Shown here: piece after piece, positions 23,736 through 36,384 of the stretch
How positions within the stretch are numbered: position 1 is the first letter of the stretch
How the letters are laid out: every line of letters starts with the position of its first letter
From: an uncultured Actinomycetota bacterium
GTDB taxonomy: Bacteria; Actinomycetota; Actinomycetes; JAFAQI01
Length of the DNA stretch: 64,000 bases
NCBI GenBank assembly: GCA_963770565.1
Contig: CAVYQE010000011.1
Coordinates: 967,371 to 1,031,370 of the forward strand
Reading direction: 5' to 3'
The notes under the pieces: generated by a model
Database searches by the model: none
What the model saw: only the letters and a program-made list of their open reading frames with translations
Told to the model about the DNA's origin: nothing
Position numbers and translations under genes: made by a program

Positions 23736-26700
23736 GTGATCGAGCCGGACCAGTTCGTGCACCTGCACGTGCACACCGAATACTCCATGCTCGACGGCGC
23801 CGCGCGGGTGTCGGACCTGTTCGCCGAGGCCGCGCGGATGAAGATGCCGGCGCTGGCGATGACCGATCACGGCAACGTCTTCGGGGCGTTCGAGTTCTGG
23901 AAGAAGGGCACCGCGGCCGGGGTCAAGCCGATCATCGGCATGGAGGCCTACATCACCCCGGGCACGAGCCGGTTCGAACGCACCCGGGTGCGCTGGGGCG
24001 GCGGTGGCGAGGACGACGTCTCCGGCGGCGGCGCGTTCACGCACATGACGATGCTCGCCGAGACCACCGAGGGCATGCACAACCTGTTCCGGCTGGCGAG
24101 CCGGTCGAGCCTCGAGGGCTACTTCTACAAGCCGCGTGCAGACCGCGAGCTGTTGTCGACGTACGCCAAGGGTTTGATCGCGACGACCGGCTGTCCGTCG
24201 GGGGAGATCCAGACCCGGCTGCGGCTGGGCGACTACCCGGGCGCGGTCAAGGCGGCCGGGGAGTTGCAGGACATCTTCGGCCGCGAGTCGTTCTTCTGCG
24301 AGCTGATGGACCACGGCCTCGGGATCGAGCGCCGGGTGCACGGCGACCTGTTGCGGCTCGCCAGCGAGCTCGACATCCCGCTGATCGCGACCAACGACCT
24401 GCACTACACGTACGCCGACGACGCCGAGTCGCACGAGGTCCTGCTCTGCGTGCAGTCGGGCAAGACGATGGCCGACCCCAACCGGTTCAAGTTCGACGCC
24501 CGCGACTTCTACCTCAAGACTCCGGAGGAGATGCGCCAGGTCTGGCGCGAGCTCCCGCAGGCATGCGACAACACCTTGCTGATCGCGTCCCGGTGCGAGG
24601 TGAAGTTCGACGAGAACGCCGACCTGATGCCGCGGTTCCCCGTGCCCGAGGGTGAGACCGAGGACAGCTGGCTCCGGGCCGAGGTCGAGCGGGGGTTGGA
24701 GCTGCGCTACCCGAGCGGCGTTCCGGCCGCCCATCGCGAGCGGGCGATGTACGAGCTCGGCGTCATCGCCCAGATGGGATTCCCCGGCTACTTCCTCGTC
24801 GTCGCGGACCTCTGCCGGTTCGCGCGCGACTCCGGCATCCGGGTCGGTCCCGGCCGCGGGTCAGCGACCGGCTCGCTGATCGCCTACGCGCTGCGGATCA
24901 CCGAGCTCGACCCGATCACGCACGGCCTGATCTTCGAGCGGTTCCTCAACCCCGAGCGGGTGTCGATGCCCGACATCGACCTCGACTTCGACGAGCGCCG
25001 GCGCGGCGACATGATCCGCTACGCGACCGAGAAGTACGGCGAGGACCGGGTCAGCCAGATCATCACCTACGGCACGATCAAGGCGAAGCGGCGATCAAGG
25101 ATGCCGCGCGGGTGCTCGGCTACCCCTACGCGCTCGGCGACCGGATCACCAAGGTGATGCCGGCGGCGGTGATGGGCAAGGACATCTCGCTGGCCGGCGT
25201 CTTCGACACCAAGCACGAGCGGCACGGCGAGGCCGAGGAGTTCCGTGCGCTCTACGACTCCGATCCGGACGTGAAGAAGGTGGTCGACACCGCCCGGCCA
25301 CTCGAGGGCCTGCGTCGGCAGTGGGGAGTGCACGCAGCCGGCGTGATCCTGTCGCGGGAGCCGCTGCTCGACGTCATCCCGATCCAGCGCCGCGAGCAGG
25401 ACGGCGCGATCATCACCCAGTTCGACATGGGCGCGTGCGAGTCGCTCGGCCTGCTCAAGATGGACTTCCTCGGGCTGCGCAACCTGACCGTCCTCGACGA
25501 CGCGATCCGGCACATCAAGGACAACCGCGGCGAGGACATCGATCTTGAAGACCTGTCGCTGGACCGCCCAGAGGCCTACGAGCTGCTCTGCCGCGGAGAC
25601 ACGATCGGTGTGTTCCAGTTCGACGGCGGCCCGATGCGCTCGCTGATCCGGTCACTGCAGCCGTCGACCTTCGAGGACATCGCCGCGCTGAACGCGCTCT
25701 ACCGGCCGGGGCCGATGGGGATGGGCAGCCACATCGACTATGTCGAGCGCAAGCACGGCCGGGCCCCGATGACCCCGATCCATCCGGAGTTCGCCGAGCC
25801 GCTCGCCGAGATCCTCGCCGAGACCTACGGGGTGATCGTCTACCAGGAGCAGGTCATGGCGATCGCCCAGAAGGTCGCCGGCTACTCGCTCGGCGGGGCC
25901 GATCTGCTCCGCCGCGCGATGGGCAAGAAGAAGAAGGCGATCCTCGACAAGGAGAAGGTCCCGTTCCGCGACGGCATGCACGCCAACGGTTACGGCGACG
26001 CGGCGATCGACAAGCTCTGGGAAACCCTGATCCCGTTCGCCGACTACGCGTTCAACAAGTCCCACGCCGCCGGGTACGGCCTGGTGTCGTACTGGACCGC
26101 CTACCTCAAGGGCAAGTACCCGGCCGAATACATGGCCGCCCTGCTCACCTCGGTGCGCGACGACAAGGACAAGAGCGCGCTTTATCTGCACGAGTGCCGG
26201 CGGATGGGCGTCAAGGTGCTGCCGCCGGACGTCAACTCCTCCAACGCCGACTTCGCACCGGTCGGCACCGACATCCGGTACGGCCTGGCCGGCATTCGCA
26301 ACGTCGGGACGAACGTCGTCGCCTCGATCTGCGCGACCCGTAAGAGCCGCGGGGCGTTCTCGGGGTTCGCCGACTTCCTGGCCAAGGTCGACTCGGTCGT
26401 GTGCAACAAGAAGGTGATCGAGTCGCTGATCAAGGCCGGTGCCTTCGACTCGCTCGGGCACACCCGCCAGGGGCTCTTGCGGATCCACGCCGAGGCGGTC
26501 GATGCCTGCCTGGACACCAAGCGGGCCGAGGCAGTCGGGCAGTTCGATCTGTTCGGCGGCGACGATGAAGCGGCGCCGTCGCTGGGGATGGAGCTGACGA
26601 TCCCGGTCACCGAGTGGGACAAGACGATCCTGCTCGCCTTCGAGCGCGAGATGCTCGGCCTCTACGTCTCGGACCACCCGCTGCTCGGGATCGAGCACGT

Positions 26701-27250
26701 GATCTCGGCGGCGGTCGACTGCCCGGTGTCCGCGCTGTCGGGCGAAGACCGCGGGGACGGGTCGATCGTGACGGTCGGCGGGATCCTGTCGACGGTGGCC
26801 CGCAAGATGACCAAGCGCGGCGACTCGTGGGCGACCGCGACCCTGGAGGACCTCGAGGGTGCGGTCGAGGTGCTGTTCTTCCCGAACTGCTACCAGGAGT
26901 GCGCGGTGCATATCGCCGAGGACGCCGTGCTGCTGGTGCGGGCGCGGATCGACAAGCGCGAGGAAGTGCCGCGCCTGATCGCACTGGACGTCAGCGTGCC
27001 CGACATCAGTGAAGGGCCGCGCGGGCCGGTGACGATCACGCTGCCCGCGACCCGCTGCACGCCGCCGGTGGTCGACCGGCTCAAGGAAGTGCTCGCCAGC
27101 CATCCGGGCACCACCGAGGTGCAGCTACAGCTGACCTCGGCCGGTCGCTCCACGGTGCTGCGGCTGGACGACCGGTTGCGGGTCAGCACCGGGCCGGCCG
27201 TGATGGCCGATCTCAAGGAGCTGCTGGGACCAGGCTGCGTCTCCGGCTGA
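23736..27250 (+). CDS. dnaE: DNA polymerase III alpha subunit (one frameshift near 25088)
   Basis: [12 protein letters not shown] domain, GRGSA, PDIDLD, HAAGV, KMDFLGL, AFNKSH; two overlapping ORFs. Confidence 0.95.
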
Positions 27251-27298
27251 GCTCGGCCCGGCCCGACTTGCCGGGTTGGGCGCCCGGCGGCGGCGCCG

Positions 27299-28273
27299 AT
27301 GCGCGACGCTGGTGGGGTGAACCGCGGTACGGCGTATGAGATCCGAGGGCTGCAGAAGAGCTATCGGGGTGCGGTCGAGCCGGCCAACCGGGGCATCGAC
27401 CTGACCATCGAGGCCGGCGCAGTCTTCGGCCTGCTCGGCCCAAACGGTGCGGGCAAGACCACGCTGGTCCGCCAGCTCGTCGGCCTGGTCCGGCCGGACG
27501 CCGGCTCGCTGTCGTTGTTCGGACACGATCTTGTCGCCGACCCGACCGTCGCGTCGCGGCTGGTCGCCTACCTCGCGCAGGACGAGCCCGCGCTGGCCGA
27601 GCTGACCGTGCGCGCGGCGATCTCGACCTCGGGTCGGCTGCGCGGACTGCCGCGCCGCGAGGCCGACCGGCGGGCCGCGAGCCTGGTCGAGGAGCTCGGC
27701 CTCGGGGCGCTGGTGGACCGGCCGTTGGTGCGGCTCTCCGGCGGGCAGCGCCGGCTGGCCGGCGTCGCCGCGGCGCTCGCCGCCGATCGTCCGGTGCTGA
27801 TCCTGGACGAGCCGACCACCGGTCTCGACCCGGTGGCCCGGCGGACCGTGTGGTCGGCGCTGCGTCGCCGGCGCGACGAGTCCGGTGTGACGATCGTGCT
27901 GGTGACCCACAACGTGGTCGAGGCCGAGACGGTGCTCGACCGGGTCGCGGTGCTCGACCGCGGCCGGGTGATCGGCTGTGACACACCGGGCCGGCTCAAG
28001 GCGGCCGTGGACGACTCGGTTCGGGTCCACCTGGTCTGGCGCAGCGACCCTCCGCTCGGCGACTCGACCGTGCAGCGGCTGGCCCGGTCGGCGACCGTCG
28101 ACGGCGCCCGGTGGACCGCTCGGCTGGAGCGCGATGAGGCGAGGGACGTGCTCGATCGGCTGACCCGAGGGGCGCTCTTCGACGCACTTGACGACTTCAC
28201 GGTCGCCACGCCGAGCCTGGAGGACGTCTACCTTTCGCTCGGGGGCCGGCACGATGACCTGGAGCGGGTGTGA
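27299..28273 (+). CDS. ABC-2 exporter ATP-binding protein
   Basis: GPNGAGKT, LSGGQ, LDEPTTGLD. Confidence 0.9.
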   Translation: MRDAGGVNRGTAYEIRGLQKSYRGAVEPANRGIDLTIEAGAVFGLLGPNGAGKTTLVRQLVGLVRPDAGSLSLFGHDLVADPTVASRLVAYLAQDEPALAELTVRAAISTSGRLRGLPRREADRRAASLVEELGLGALVDRPLVRLSGGQRRLAGVAAALAADRPVLILDEPTTGLDPVARRTVWSALRRRRDESGVTIVLVTHNVVEAETVLDRVAVLDRGRVIGCDTPGRLKAAVDDSVRVHLVWRSDPPLGDSTVQRLARSATVDGARWTARLERDEARDVLDRLTRGALFDALDDFTVATPSLEDVYLSLGGRHDDLERV

Positions 28274-29076
28274 CCGAAGTCAGCACGACCGCCGAGTCGA
28301 CCACGGTCGTTCAGGCGCCACCGCTCGGGGACCGGGTCCGGCTGCCGGCCGGGATCGCTGCGGTCGCGGCCGGACAGGTCGGCCGGGTCAGGGTCGCGCG
28401 CGGGCCGTTGCTCTTCGTCGCGACCGTGCAGTCGCTCGGGCTCGTGGTCCTGCTTCGCGGCATCGTGCACCGGCACGACCTGGCTACCTCCCCGTCGATC
28501 GTGGCCGGCTCGACCATCCTGGTGGTCGCGTTCGTCGCGCTGAACCTCTTGGCTCAGCGATTCGGGGCGTTGCGTGCGAACGCCGCCCTCGACTACTACG
28601 CCGCAATGCCGGTGTCCCCGGCCGCCGTGGTCCTCGGCACGGCCGCGTCGTACGCGTCGTTCACCGTTCCCGGCGCGGTCGTGACCGCGGTCGTCGGCGT
28701 GGTGATATACGGGTTGCCGGCCGCGCACCTGTGGGTCGTCGTGCCGGCCGTGGCGGTCGCAGCCGTTGCGCTGTCGGGTGTCGGGGCGTTGCTTGGCCTG
28801 CTGCTGCCGCGGGCCGAGCTCGCCACGATCGCCGGCCAGCTGGGGATGACCGCGGTGTTGTTCCTCGGAATCATCGCGCCGGCCCACCTGCCGCTGGTGG
28901 CGCGGGGATTGCGCGCGGTCGTGCCGGGAACCCTGGCCGTCGATGCGTTCGCCGACTCGCTGCGCGCCCACCCGGACTGGACGGCGGTGGTCCTCCGGTT
29001 GCTCGTGACCCTCGGGTACGGCGTGCTCGCGCTTGCCCTCGCCGGCCGCGCACTGCGGCGGGCGGTCGACCGGTGA
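28270..29076 (+). CDS. ABC-2 type permease
   Basis: About 6 hydrophobic segments; translationally coupled to the ATPase. Confidence 0.8.
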   Translation: MTEVSTTAESTTVVQAPPLGDRVRLPAGIAAVAAGQVGRVRVARGPLLFVATVQSLGLVVLLRGIVHRHDLATSPSIVAGSTILVVAFVALNLLAQRFGALRANAALDYYAAMPVSPAAVVLGTAASYASFTVPGAVVTAVVGVVIYGLPAAHLWVVVPAVAVAAVALSGVGALLGLLLPRAELATIAGQLGMTAVLFLGIIAPAHLPLVARGLRAVVPGTLAVDAFADSLRAHPDWTAVVLRLLVTLGYGVLALALAGRALRRAVDR

Positions 29077-29714
29077 GCGACTACCGCAACCCGGCAACCG
29101 TAGAACCGCCGGACTGGCAGCACTGGCACGTCACCGCGACCGAGACCTGGCTCCGGCCGGAGTACGACGTCGACGCCACCTTCTCGTGGTGGAGCGAGGC
29201 GCTGGTGGGCGGGCTGGTCACCGTCTACTCGGTGCTGCTCGGCGGCGCGGTCGGGCTGGTCTGGCCACACTTCGCGCCGCACATCCGGCTGGTGGATGCG
29301 GTCTTCGGGTCCGAAGCCGCGACGAAGGCGCTGCTCGGCGACGACCTGTGGCTGGCGCTGATCGCCGGGATCGCGGGTGTGGTCGCGGTGCTCGCGTTGT
29401 GGGCGCTGTCACGCGGAACGGCGGACGGGCCGGGGTCGATCATCGGGCTTGCGGTCGGCGGCCTGCTCGGCTCCCTGGTCGCCGCGCACGTCGGGCATCA
29501 GGTGCAGCATCCGCACGTCCTGTCCGTACTGCACACCTGGTTTCCGACGATCACGCCGCAATCCAAGGCGGCGGTCTTGAGCGACTTCGACTTCCGGGTC
29601 CGCGCCAAGGCGGTGCTGGTCGCCTGGCCGTTCGTCGCCGTGGTCGCCCAGTCAGTGGTAGTGGGTATCCGGATCAGCTGGCCGGGCCGGCGCGCTGCCG
29701 TCACCCTGCCGTAG
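29073..29714 (+). CDS. Conserved membrane protein (possibly DUF2567-like)
   Basis: About 4 TM segments; GTGA overlap with the permease. Confidence 0.6.
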   Translation: MSDYRNPATVEPPDWQHWHVTATETWLRPEYDVDATFSWWSEALVGGLVTVYSVLLGGAVGLVWPHFAPHIRLVDAVFGSEAATKALLGDDLWLALIAGIAGVVAVLALWALSRGTADGPGSIIGLAVGGLLGSLVAAHVGHQVQHPHVLSVLHTWFPTITPQSKAAVLSDFDFRVRAKAVLVAWPFVAVVAQSVVVGIRISWPGRRAAVTLP

Positions 29715-29749
29715 CCGGCGCGCTCGATCGGCCTGACTACCCTTTGCAC

Positions 29750-31036
29750 GTGCTTTCCCGACTCGACCTGCGCGGTAGTCCGGTGGATCCGCGCGACCTG
29801 CTGCCAAGGGCGAGCCTCGACGTCGACGCGGCCGTCGAAGCGGTCAGGCCGATTGTCGAGCAGGTCCGCACCGGCGGCCGCGACGCCGTCATCGCGCTCA
29901 CCGAGCAGTTCGACCGGGTCCGGCTCGAAGCGCTTCGGGTGCCGCGCGAGGTCTTGTCCGCCGCGCTCGAGGCCCTCGACCCAGCGGTCAGAGCCGCCCT
30001 GGCGGCGGCGATCGAGCGAACCCGCGAGGTGCACCAGGCGCAGCGTCCGGCCGACGTCCGGGTCGACGTTGCGCCCGGCGCCACGGTCACCGAGCGCTGG
30101 ACGCCGGTCGGCCGGGTCGGGCTGTACGTGCCCGGCGGGTTGGTCGCCTATCCCTCCAGCGTCGTCATGAACGTCGTACCGGCGCAGGTGGCCGGAGTGG
30201 GCTCGATCGCGGTGACCTCACCGCCGAAGCCGGAGTTCGGCGGCCGGCCGAACCCGGCCGTGCTGGCGGCGTGCGCGTTGCTGGGGATCGACGAGGTCTA
30301 TGCGGTCGGCGGGGCGCAGGCGATCGCGATGCTCGCCTTCGGGGTCGAGGGGGTGCCGCGGGTCGACCTGGTGACCGGACCCGGCAACGTCTATGTCGCG
30401 GCAGCCAAGCGACTGCTGCGCGGAGTGGTCGGCATCGATGCCGAGGCTGGTCCGACCGAGATCGCGATCCTGGCCGACGACAGCGCGACACCCGACCACC
30501 TGGCCGCCGACCTGGTTGCCCAGGCCGAGCACGACGAGCTCGCGGCCTGCTTGCTGGTGTCGCCGAGTGCGGCGCTGCTCGACGCGGTCGACGCCGCCCT
30601 GGTGGACCGGGTGGCCACCGCCCATCACCACGCCCGGGTCGAGAAAGCGCTCACCGGCCAGTCGGCAGCGGTGCTGGTCGAGGACCTCGACCAGGGCATT
30701 GCCGTCGTCGACGCCTGGGCCGCCGAGCATCTTGAAGTCATCACCCAGAACGCGGCCGCGGTGGCGGCCCGCATCCACAACGCGGGCGCGATCTTCGTCG
30801 GTCCGTGGGCGCCGGTGTCGCTCGGCGACTACCTGGCCGGCTCCAACCATGTGCTGCCGACCGGGGGGACCGCGCGGCACAGCGGGGGGCTATCGGTGCA
30901 TTCGTTCCTGCGCGAGGTGCACGTCGTCGACTACACCCGCGACGCGCTGGCTGCGGTCAGCGATCACATCACCGCGCTCGGCGGCGCCGAAGACCTGCTC
31001 GCGCACGTCGAAGCCGTCCAGGCCCGGTTGCGATGA
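29750..31036 (+). CDS. hisD: Histidinol dehydrogenase
   Basis: [36 protein letters not shown]. Confidence 0.96.
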   Translation: MLSRLDLRGSPVDPRDLLPRASLDVDAAVEAVRPIVEQVRTGGRDAVIALTEQFDRVRLEALRVPREVLSAALEALDPAVRAALAAAIERTREVHQAQRPADVRVDVAPGATVTERWTPVGRVGLYVPGGLVAYPSSVVMNVVPAQVAGVGSIAVTSPPKPEFGGRPNPAVLAACALLGIDEVYAVGGAQAIAMLAFGVEGVPRVDLVTGPGNVYVAAAKRLLRGVVGIDAEAGPTEIAILADDSATPDHLAADLVAQAEHDELAACLLVSPSAALLDAVDAALVDRVATAHHHARVEKALTGQSAAVLVEDLDQGIAVVDAWAAEHLEVITQNAAAVAARIHNAGAIFVGPWAPVSLGDYLAGSNHVLPTGGTARHSGGLSVHSFLREVHVVDYTRDALAAVSDHITALGGAEDLLAHVEAVQARLR

Positions 31037-32118
31037 CCGACCTCGAGGATCTGCCACTGCGGGATGACCTGCGGGGTTTGACGGCGTACGGCGCACCGCA
31101 GATCGACGTCCCGATTCGCTTGAACACCAACGAAAATCCGTACCGCCCGCCGGCCGGGTTGGTCGAGGACCTGCGCGATTCCGTCACGGCGGCGGCCACG
31201 TCGATGAACCGCTATCCGGATCGGGAGGCGGCGGCGTTGCGGGCCGCGCTCGCGGACTATCTCGGTCATGGCCTCGACCCGTCGCGGGTCTGGGCGGCCA
31301 ACGGGTCCAACGAAGTGCTGCAGCAGTTGCTGCAAGCCTTCGGCGGATCCGGCCGGACCGCCCTCGGGTTCGAGCCGTCCTACTCCATGCACCGGCTGAT
31401 CGCACTCGTCACCGAAACGTCATGGATCGGGTCGCCGCGCGCGGCCGACTTCAGCCTCTCGCCGCAGCAGGCTGCGGATGCGGTCGCCGAGCACCGACCC
31501 GAGGTCGTCTTCCTGTGCTCGCCGAACAACCCCACCGGCCAGGCAATCGATCCGGAGGTCCTCGACGCGGTGCTCGAGGTCGCGCCGGGGATGGTCCTCG
31601 TCGACGAGGCGTACGTCGAGTTCTCCGGCCGGCCGTCGCTGCTCCCCGCCCTGGCCGGAGCGCCCCGGCTGGTGATCACCCGGACCATGTCCAAGGCGTT
31701 CGGCTTTGCCGGTGCGCGGGTCGGCTACTTCGCGGCTGACCCGGCAGTGGTCGACGCGGTGCGACTCGTCCGGCTGCCCTACCACCTGTCTGCGCTCACG
31801 CAGGCGGCGGCGCTGGCCGCGCTTCGGCACGCCGACGAAACCCTCGCGCAGGTGGCCCAGCTGTGCGCCGACCGGGACGCGATGATCCGCTCGTTGCGGG
31901 ACCGCGGCTTCTCGGTGGTGGACTCGGATGCCAATTTCGTGCTCTTCGGCGGCCTCGCCGACGAGAAGGCGGTGTGGCAGGTGCTGCTCGACCAGGGTGT
32001 GCTGATCCGCGATGTCGGCCTGCCCGGCTGGCTGCGGGTCAGCGTCGGCACCGGGGCTGAGTGCGAGGCCTTCGTGGACGCGCTCGACGCCGCGAAGGTC
32101 ACCGCGAACCAGCCCTGA
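31033..32118 (+). CDS. hisC: Histidinol-phosphate aminotransferase
   Basis: [23 protein letters not shown]. Confidence 0.96.
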   Translation: MTDLEDLPLRDDLRGLTAYGAPQIDVPIRLNTNENPYRPPAGLVEDLRDSVTAAATSMNRYPDREAAALRAALADYLGHGLDPSRVWAANGSNEVLQQLLQAFGGSGRTALGFEPSYSMHRLIALVTETSWIGSPRAADFSLSPQQAADAVAEHRPEVVFLCSPNNPTGQAIDPEVLDAVLEVAPGMVLVDEAYVEFSGRPSLLPALAGAPRLVITRTMSKAFGFAGARVGYFAADPAVVDAVRLVRLPYHLSALTQAAALAALRHADETLAQVAQLCADRDAMIRSLRDRGFSVVDSDANFVLFGGLADEKAVWQVLLDQGVLIRDVGLPGWLRVSVGTGAECEAFVDALDAAKVTANQP

Positions 32119-32149
32119 CGCCGCGCCGCGGCTGGTTAGCCTGAGCCGC

Positions 32150-32791
32150 ATGGCGGCCTGGGCGCAGCTGCGGCAGCGGCTGCTCGAGCTGGAGACTGAG
32201 GATGGCCCGCTGCTCGGCTACCCCGACCCGCGGGCCGACGACCAGGAGGCGCCGCACCACATCCACCTGGCGGCCTGGGCGGTAGCCGAGGCGAAGGCCT
32301 TGCATCGCGAGTTCGGCGCCGACGTCGTCCTGACGGTGGGTTCACTCAGCTATCCGGACCCGTCGACCCAACCGGCCAGGCGGACCACCGAGCCGGCGCC
32401 GCTGCTCGATCCGGACGAGGCGACCGTCGCACTCGACGGGCCGGCCCGCGTGGCGTCCGGGCACACGGTGATGCACGGCCTGTTGATCACGAACCACCGT
32501 GACGAGGAACTGGTCCTGATCATCAACGGTCAGTTGACCGCGGACGTTGTCGACCGCGACACCGGCGAGGAAGTCGGGGGCTACGCCGGTGCGCAACGCC
32601 TGTCGCGGCGGGAGTTCCGGGTGTCGCCCGCAGCAACGGTCCGCGTGCCCTTGCTCATCGGCACGGCCAGCTTCACCCCACGGCTCGGCTACGCCGTACC
32701 GGCCGGGTTGTGGGCACTGACCGTGCCCGTGGTCCTCGACGACACCGGTCAACGGCGTACGCCGATGATGGATCTCACGATCACCGAGTGA
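32150..32791 (+). CDS. Hypothetical protein inserted between hisC and hisB
   Basis: 213-aa ORF filling the gap; TAGCCT 7 nt before ATG. Confidence 0.7.
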   Translation: MAAWAQLRQRLLELETEDGPLLGYPDPRADDQEAPHHIHLAAWAVAEAKALHREFGADVVLTVGSLSYPDPSTQPARRTTEPAPLLDPDEATVALDGPARVASGHTVMHGLLITNHRDEELVLIINGQLTADVVDRDTGEEVGGYAGAQRLSRREFRVSPAATVRVPLLIGTASFTPRLGYAVPAGLWALTVPVVLDDTGQRRTPMMDLTITE

Positions 32792-32860
32792 GGCGGCGCG
32801 AGGCCGGATCCGACCCCGGACGAGCCGTCAGTCGCGCGCTGGCACTGCGACACTGGTCGG

Positions 32861-33448
32861 GTGAGCCGGAGCGCGAAGGTCGAGCGATCGACCAAGGAAT
32901 CGCAGGTGGTCGTGTCGCTGGACCTCGATGGCACGGGGGCGTCGGAGATCTCGACCGGGGTGCCGTTCTTCGACCACATGCTGGCGCAGCTGTCGAAGCA
33001 CAGCGGCATCGACCTGACGGTCTCGACCGTCGGCGACCTGGAGGTCGACAGCCACCACACCGTGGAGGACACCTCGATCGCGCTCGGTCAGGCGCTGCGG
33101 GAGGCACTCGGCGACAAGGCCGGCATCCGCCGCTTCGGTGACGCGTTCGTGCCGCTCGACGAGGCGCTCGCGCAGGCCGTGGTGGACCTGTCCGGCCGGC
33201 CGTACTGCGTGCACGACGAGCCGCCGCTGGTCGAGCTGATTGGCAGCTACGACACCACGCTCACCCGACACGTGTGGGAGTCGATGACCGCCGGTGCGCA
33301 GATCTGCCTGCACGTCCGGGTGCTCGGCGGCCGGAACGCGCATCACATCGTCGAGGCGCAGTTCAAGGCGGTCGCCCGGGCGCTGCGCGAGGCGGTCTCG
33401 ATCGACGACCGTGCCAGCGGTGTGCCGTCGACCAAGGGCGTGCTGTGA
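32861..33448 (+). CDS. hisB: Imidazoleglycerol-phosphate dehydratase
   Basis: [32 protein letters not shown]. Confidence 0.97.
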   Translation: MSRSAKVERSTKESQVVVSLDLDGTGASEISTGVPFFDHMLAQLSKHSGIDLTVSTVGDLEVDSHHTVEDTSIALGQALREALGDKAGIRRFGDAFVPLDEALAQAVVDLSGRPYCVHDEPPLVELIGSYDTTLTRHVWESMTAGAQICLHVRVLGGRNAHHIVEAQFKAVARALREAVSIDDRASGVPSTKGVL

Positions 33449-34062
33449 CGGCGGATCCGCCGTCTGTCGTAGTCGTCGATCACGGGTCGGGCAACCTGCG
33501 CTCGGCAGAGCGCGCTCTGGCCGAGGCTGGCGCGAGCGTGGAGGTTACCTCTGAGCTGAGCCGGGCCGAGGCAGCGGACGGCGTGGTGCTTCCGGGAGTC
33601 GGTGCCTTCGCCGCCTGCATGGCGGGCGTGGTTGCCATCGGCGCGGATGATCTCGTCCGGTCGCGGGTCGCGAACGGCCGCGCCGTACTCGGGATCTGTG
33701 TCGGCATGCAGGTGCTCTACGAGGTCGGCACCGAACACGGCGTGACGACCGCCGGCATCGGCGTCCTGGCCGGCGGAGTCAGCCGGCTTGACGCGCCGGT
33801 GCTGCCGCACATGGGCTGGAACACCGTCACCCCCGCCGCTGGCTCGATGTTGTTTGCCGGCGTCGAGACCGAGCGGTTCTACTTCGTGCACTCCTATGCG
33901 GCCCGGCCGTCCGGCGTGGGGGAGACCATCGCCGTGCACGGGGAGCCGTTCGTCGCCGCGGTCGAAGTGGGCGCGCTGAGCGCGACCCAGTTCCACCCGG
34001 AGAAGTCCGGCGCGGCGGGCCTGCGACTGCTCCGGAACTGGGTGGCCACTCTGCGCGTTTAG
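33445..34062 (+). CDS. hisH: IGP synthase glutaminase subunit
   Basis: GNLRS, PGVGAF, GICVGMQ, QFHPEKS. Confidence 0.96.
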   Translation: MTADPPSVVVVDHGSGNLRSAERALAEAGASVEVTSELSRAEAADGVVLPGVGAFAACMAGVVAIGADDLVRSRVANGRAVLGICVGMQVLYEVGTEHGVTTAGIGVLAGGVSRLDAPVLPHMGWNTVTPAAGSMLFAGVETERFYFVHSYAARPSGVGETIAVHGEPFVAAVEVGALSATQFHPEKSGAAGLRLLRNWVATLRV

Positions 34063-34100
34063 CCGGAGCAGGTCGGTCGGCGGTGTGCCACACTCGCCCG

Positions 34101-34544
34101 ATGCGAATGGCGACGGCGGCTCTTGTCCTGGCGGGTGCGTCAATGCTGGCGGTCCCGGCTAGCGCGGCGGCGGCCGGTCACGGTCAGCAAGCCCGCCACC
34201 CTCAACGGGTGACGCACTGCAAGAACGACGGGCACAAGTACATCATCGGCACGTCCGCGAAGGTGCACGGCAAGAAGGCCACCTTCACCGGCACGTTCGC
34301 GCGCTTCCATCCGTGCGGCGAGGACGACGGCTATTTCACCAACCACAAGAAGACGATCACGCTCACCCTGACCTCGAAGACCGTGATCACCATGTTCAAG
34401 AACGAGCTGAACCCGTCGGTCAACAAGACGGTCACCGCGGCGCACTTCCCGCACGCGTTCCGAAAGAACAAGGACGAGCCCTTCTACCTCTACTCCGGAC
34501 CCAGGTCCGCCGTGAAGAAGCTCACCGAGCACTTCGTCTCCTAG
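34101..34544 (+). CDS. Secreted basic hypothetical protein
   Basis: Sec-type signal peptide (AxA), Lys/His/Thr-rich mature part with two Cys. Confidence 0.7.
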   Translation: MRMATAALVLAGASMLAVPASAAAAGHGQQARHPQRVTHCKNDGHKYIIGTSAKVHGKKATFTGTFARFHPCGEDDGYFTNHKKTITLTLTSKTVITMFKNELNPSVNKTVTAAHFPHAFRKNKDEPFYLYSGPRSAVKKLTEHFVS

Positions 34545-34608
34545 CTCCGCGCGCGCCGGGTCAGGTGGCGCCGGGTCGGCCGTTGACCACGCCTGGTTAG
34601 GGTGCCTG

Positions 34609-36384
34609 ATGCACCAGAATCGGCCGTTGCTGTCCGGCAGCTTCGGGATGACCGGCAGCACGCACTGGCTCGCGTCCGCGACCGCGATGAGCGTCCTCGA
34701 GCGCGGTGGCAACGCCTTCGACGCGGCCGCGGCCGGCGGGTTCGTGCTGCAGGTGGTCGAGCCGCACCTGAACGGTCCCGGTGGCGAGGTACCGATCGTG
34801 CTGTGGAGCGAGCGGGACCAGCAGGTGAAGGTGGTCTGCGGCCAAGGGGTCGCGCCGGCGGCGGCGACGATCGAGGCGTTCGAGCAGCTCGGGATCGACG
34901 AGATCCCGGGGGCCGGCCTGCTCGCCGCGACGGTCCCCGGCGCCTTCGGTGGCTGGCTGCTGATGCTGGAACGGTGGGGCACCTGGTCGCTGCGCGATGT
35001 CCTGTCGTACGCGATCGGGTACGCCCGCAACGGCTACCCGGCGATCCCGGGGATCTGCTCGACGGTCGAGGGCGTCGCCGAGATGTTCGCCACGGACTGG
35101 CCGACCTCCGCCGAGCAGTGGCTACCGGGTGGGCGGCCGCCGGTGCCGGGCTCGCAGCTGAGGATTCCGGCGCTCGCGGACACCTACCAGCGAATCGTCG
35201 AGGAGGCCGAGCAGAAGGCGGCCGATCGCGAAGGCCGGATCGCCGCCGCTCGGGCGATCTGGTATGACGGCTTCGTCGCCGAGGCACTCGGCCGGTTCTC
35301 GACGGGGACCAGCTGGCGCGACCCGACCGGCGAGCTGCACAGCGGTCTGCTGACCGCCGACGATATGTCCGGGTGGCAGCCGACGGTCGAGCAGCCGGCG
35401 ACCTACGACTACGGCCGCTACACGGTATGCAAGACCCAGGCGTGGGGCCAGGGTCCGGTGTTCCTCGCCCAGCTTGCGTTGCTCTCCGGGTTCGACCTCG
35501 ACGGGATGGGTCACCTGTCGGCCGACTACCTCCACACCGTGGTCGAGTGCTCGAAGCTCGCGTTCGCCGACCGGGAGGCCTGGTACGGCGACGCGCCCGG
35601 GGTCGAGGACCTGCACCACAAGCTGGTCGACGAGTCCTACGTCGCGTCGAGGCGCGCGCTGGTCGGGGACACGGCGAGCTTCGAGCTCCGGCCCGGCGCG
35701 ATCGACGGGCGCACCCCGGTGCTGCCGCGCCCGCTCGGCGGTGGCGAGCGGGCGACCGGGCCAGGGCTCGGCGACCCCACCGTGCGGACCGGCGAGGTCC
35801 GCCGGGGCGACACCTGCCACATCGATGTGGTCGACCGCGACGGCAACCTGGTCTCGGCCACGCCGAGCGGCGGCTGGCTCGACAGCTCGCCGCACATCAC
35901 GGAGCTCGGCTTCTGCCTCGGCTCGCGCGCACAGATGTTCTGGCTGCAGCCGGGACTGCCCAGCTCGCTGCGACCCGGCACGCGACCCCGCACCACCTTG
36001 ACGCCGTCGCTCGCGCTTCGCGACGGCGAGCCGTGGATGGCGTTCGGCACGCCGGGCGGCGACCAGCAGGACCAGTGGAGTCTCGCCTTCTTCCTCGCCG
36101 TGGTGCACGGCGGGCTCGACCTACAGGCCGCGATCGAGGCCCCCTGCTACCACTCCGACCACTTCCCGAGCTCGTTCGCCCCGCGGGTCGCGCGACCCGG
36201 CGTGCTCGCGGTCGAGGACCGGCTCGGTGCCGTCACCATCGACGAGCTGCGACGGCGCGGGCATGAGATCGAGGACGCCGGCGCATGGGCGCTCGGCCGG
36301 ATGAGCGCGGTCGCGCGCGAAGGCGCAGTCCGGCTCGGTGCGGCCAACCCGCGCGGGGTCCAGGGGTATGCCTGTGGTCGCTGA
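34609..36384 (+). CDS. Gamma-glutamyltransferase family Ntn hydrolase
   Basis: [19 protein letters not shown] nucleophile Thr, [14 protein letters not shown]. Confidence 0.9.
   Translation: MHQNRPLLSGSFGMTGSTHWLASATAMSVLERGGNAFDAAAAGGFVLQVVEPHLNGPGGEVPIVLWSERDQQVKVVCGQGVAPAAATIEAFEQLGIDEIPGAGLLAATVPGAFGGWLLMLERWGTWSLRDVLSYAIGYARNGYPAIPGICSTVEGVAEMFATDWPTSAEQWLPGGRPPVPGSQLRIPALADTYQRIVEEAEQKAADREGRIAAARAIWYDGFVAEALGRFSTGTSWRDPTGELHSGLLTADDMSGWQPTVEQPATYDYGRYTVCKTQAWGQGPVFLAQLALLSGFDLDGMGHLSADYLHTVVECSKLAFADREAWYGDAPGVEDLHHKLVDESYVASRRALVGDTASFELRPGAIDGRTPVLPRPLGGGERATGPGLGDPTVRTGEVRRGDTCHIDVVDRDGNLVSATPSGGWLDSSPHITELGFCLGSRAQMFWLQPGLPSSLRPGTRPRTTLTPSLALRDGEPWMAFGTPGGDQQDQWSLAFFLAVVHGGLDLQAAIEAPCYHSDHFPSSFAPRVARPGVLAVEDRLGAVTIDELRRRGHEIEDAGAWALGRMSAVAREGAVRLGAANPRGVQGYACGR

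Noticed and set aside
25080-25112. Programmed frameshift or split/intein dnaE
   Set aside because: No slippery run or intein motifs; one missing G restores AKAAIKD.
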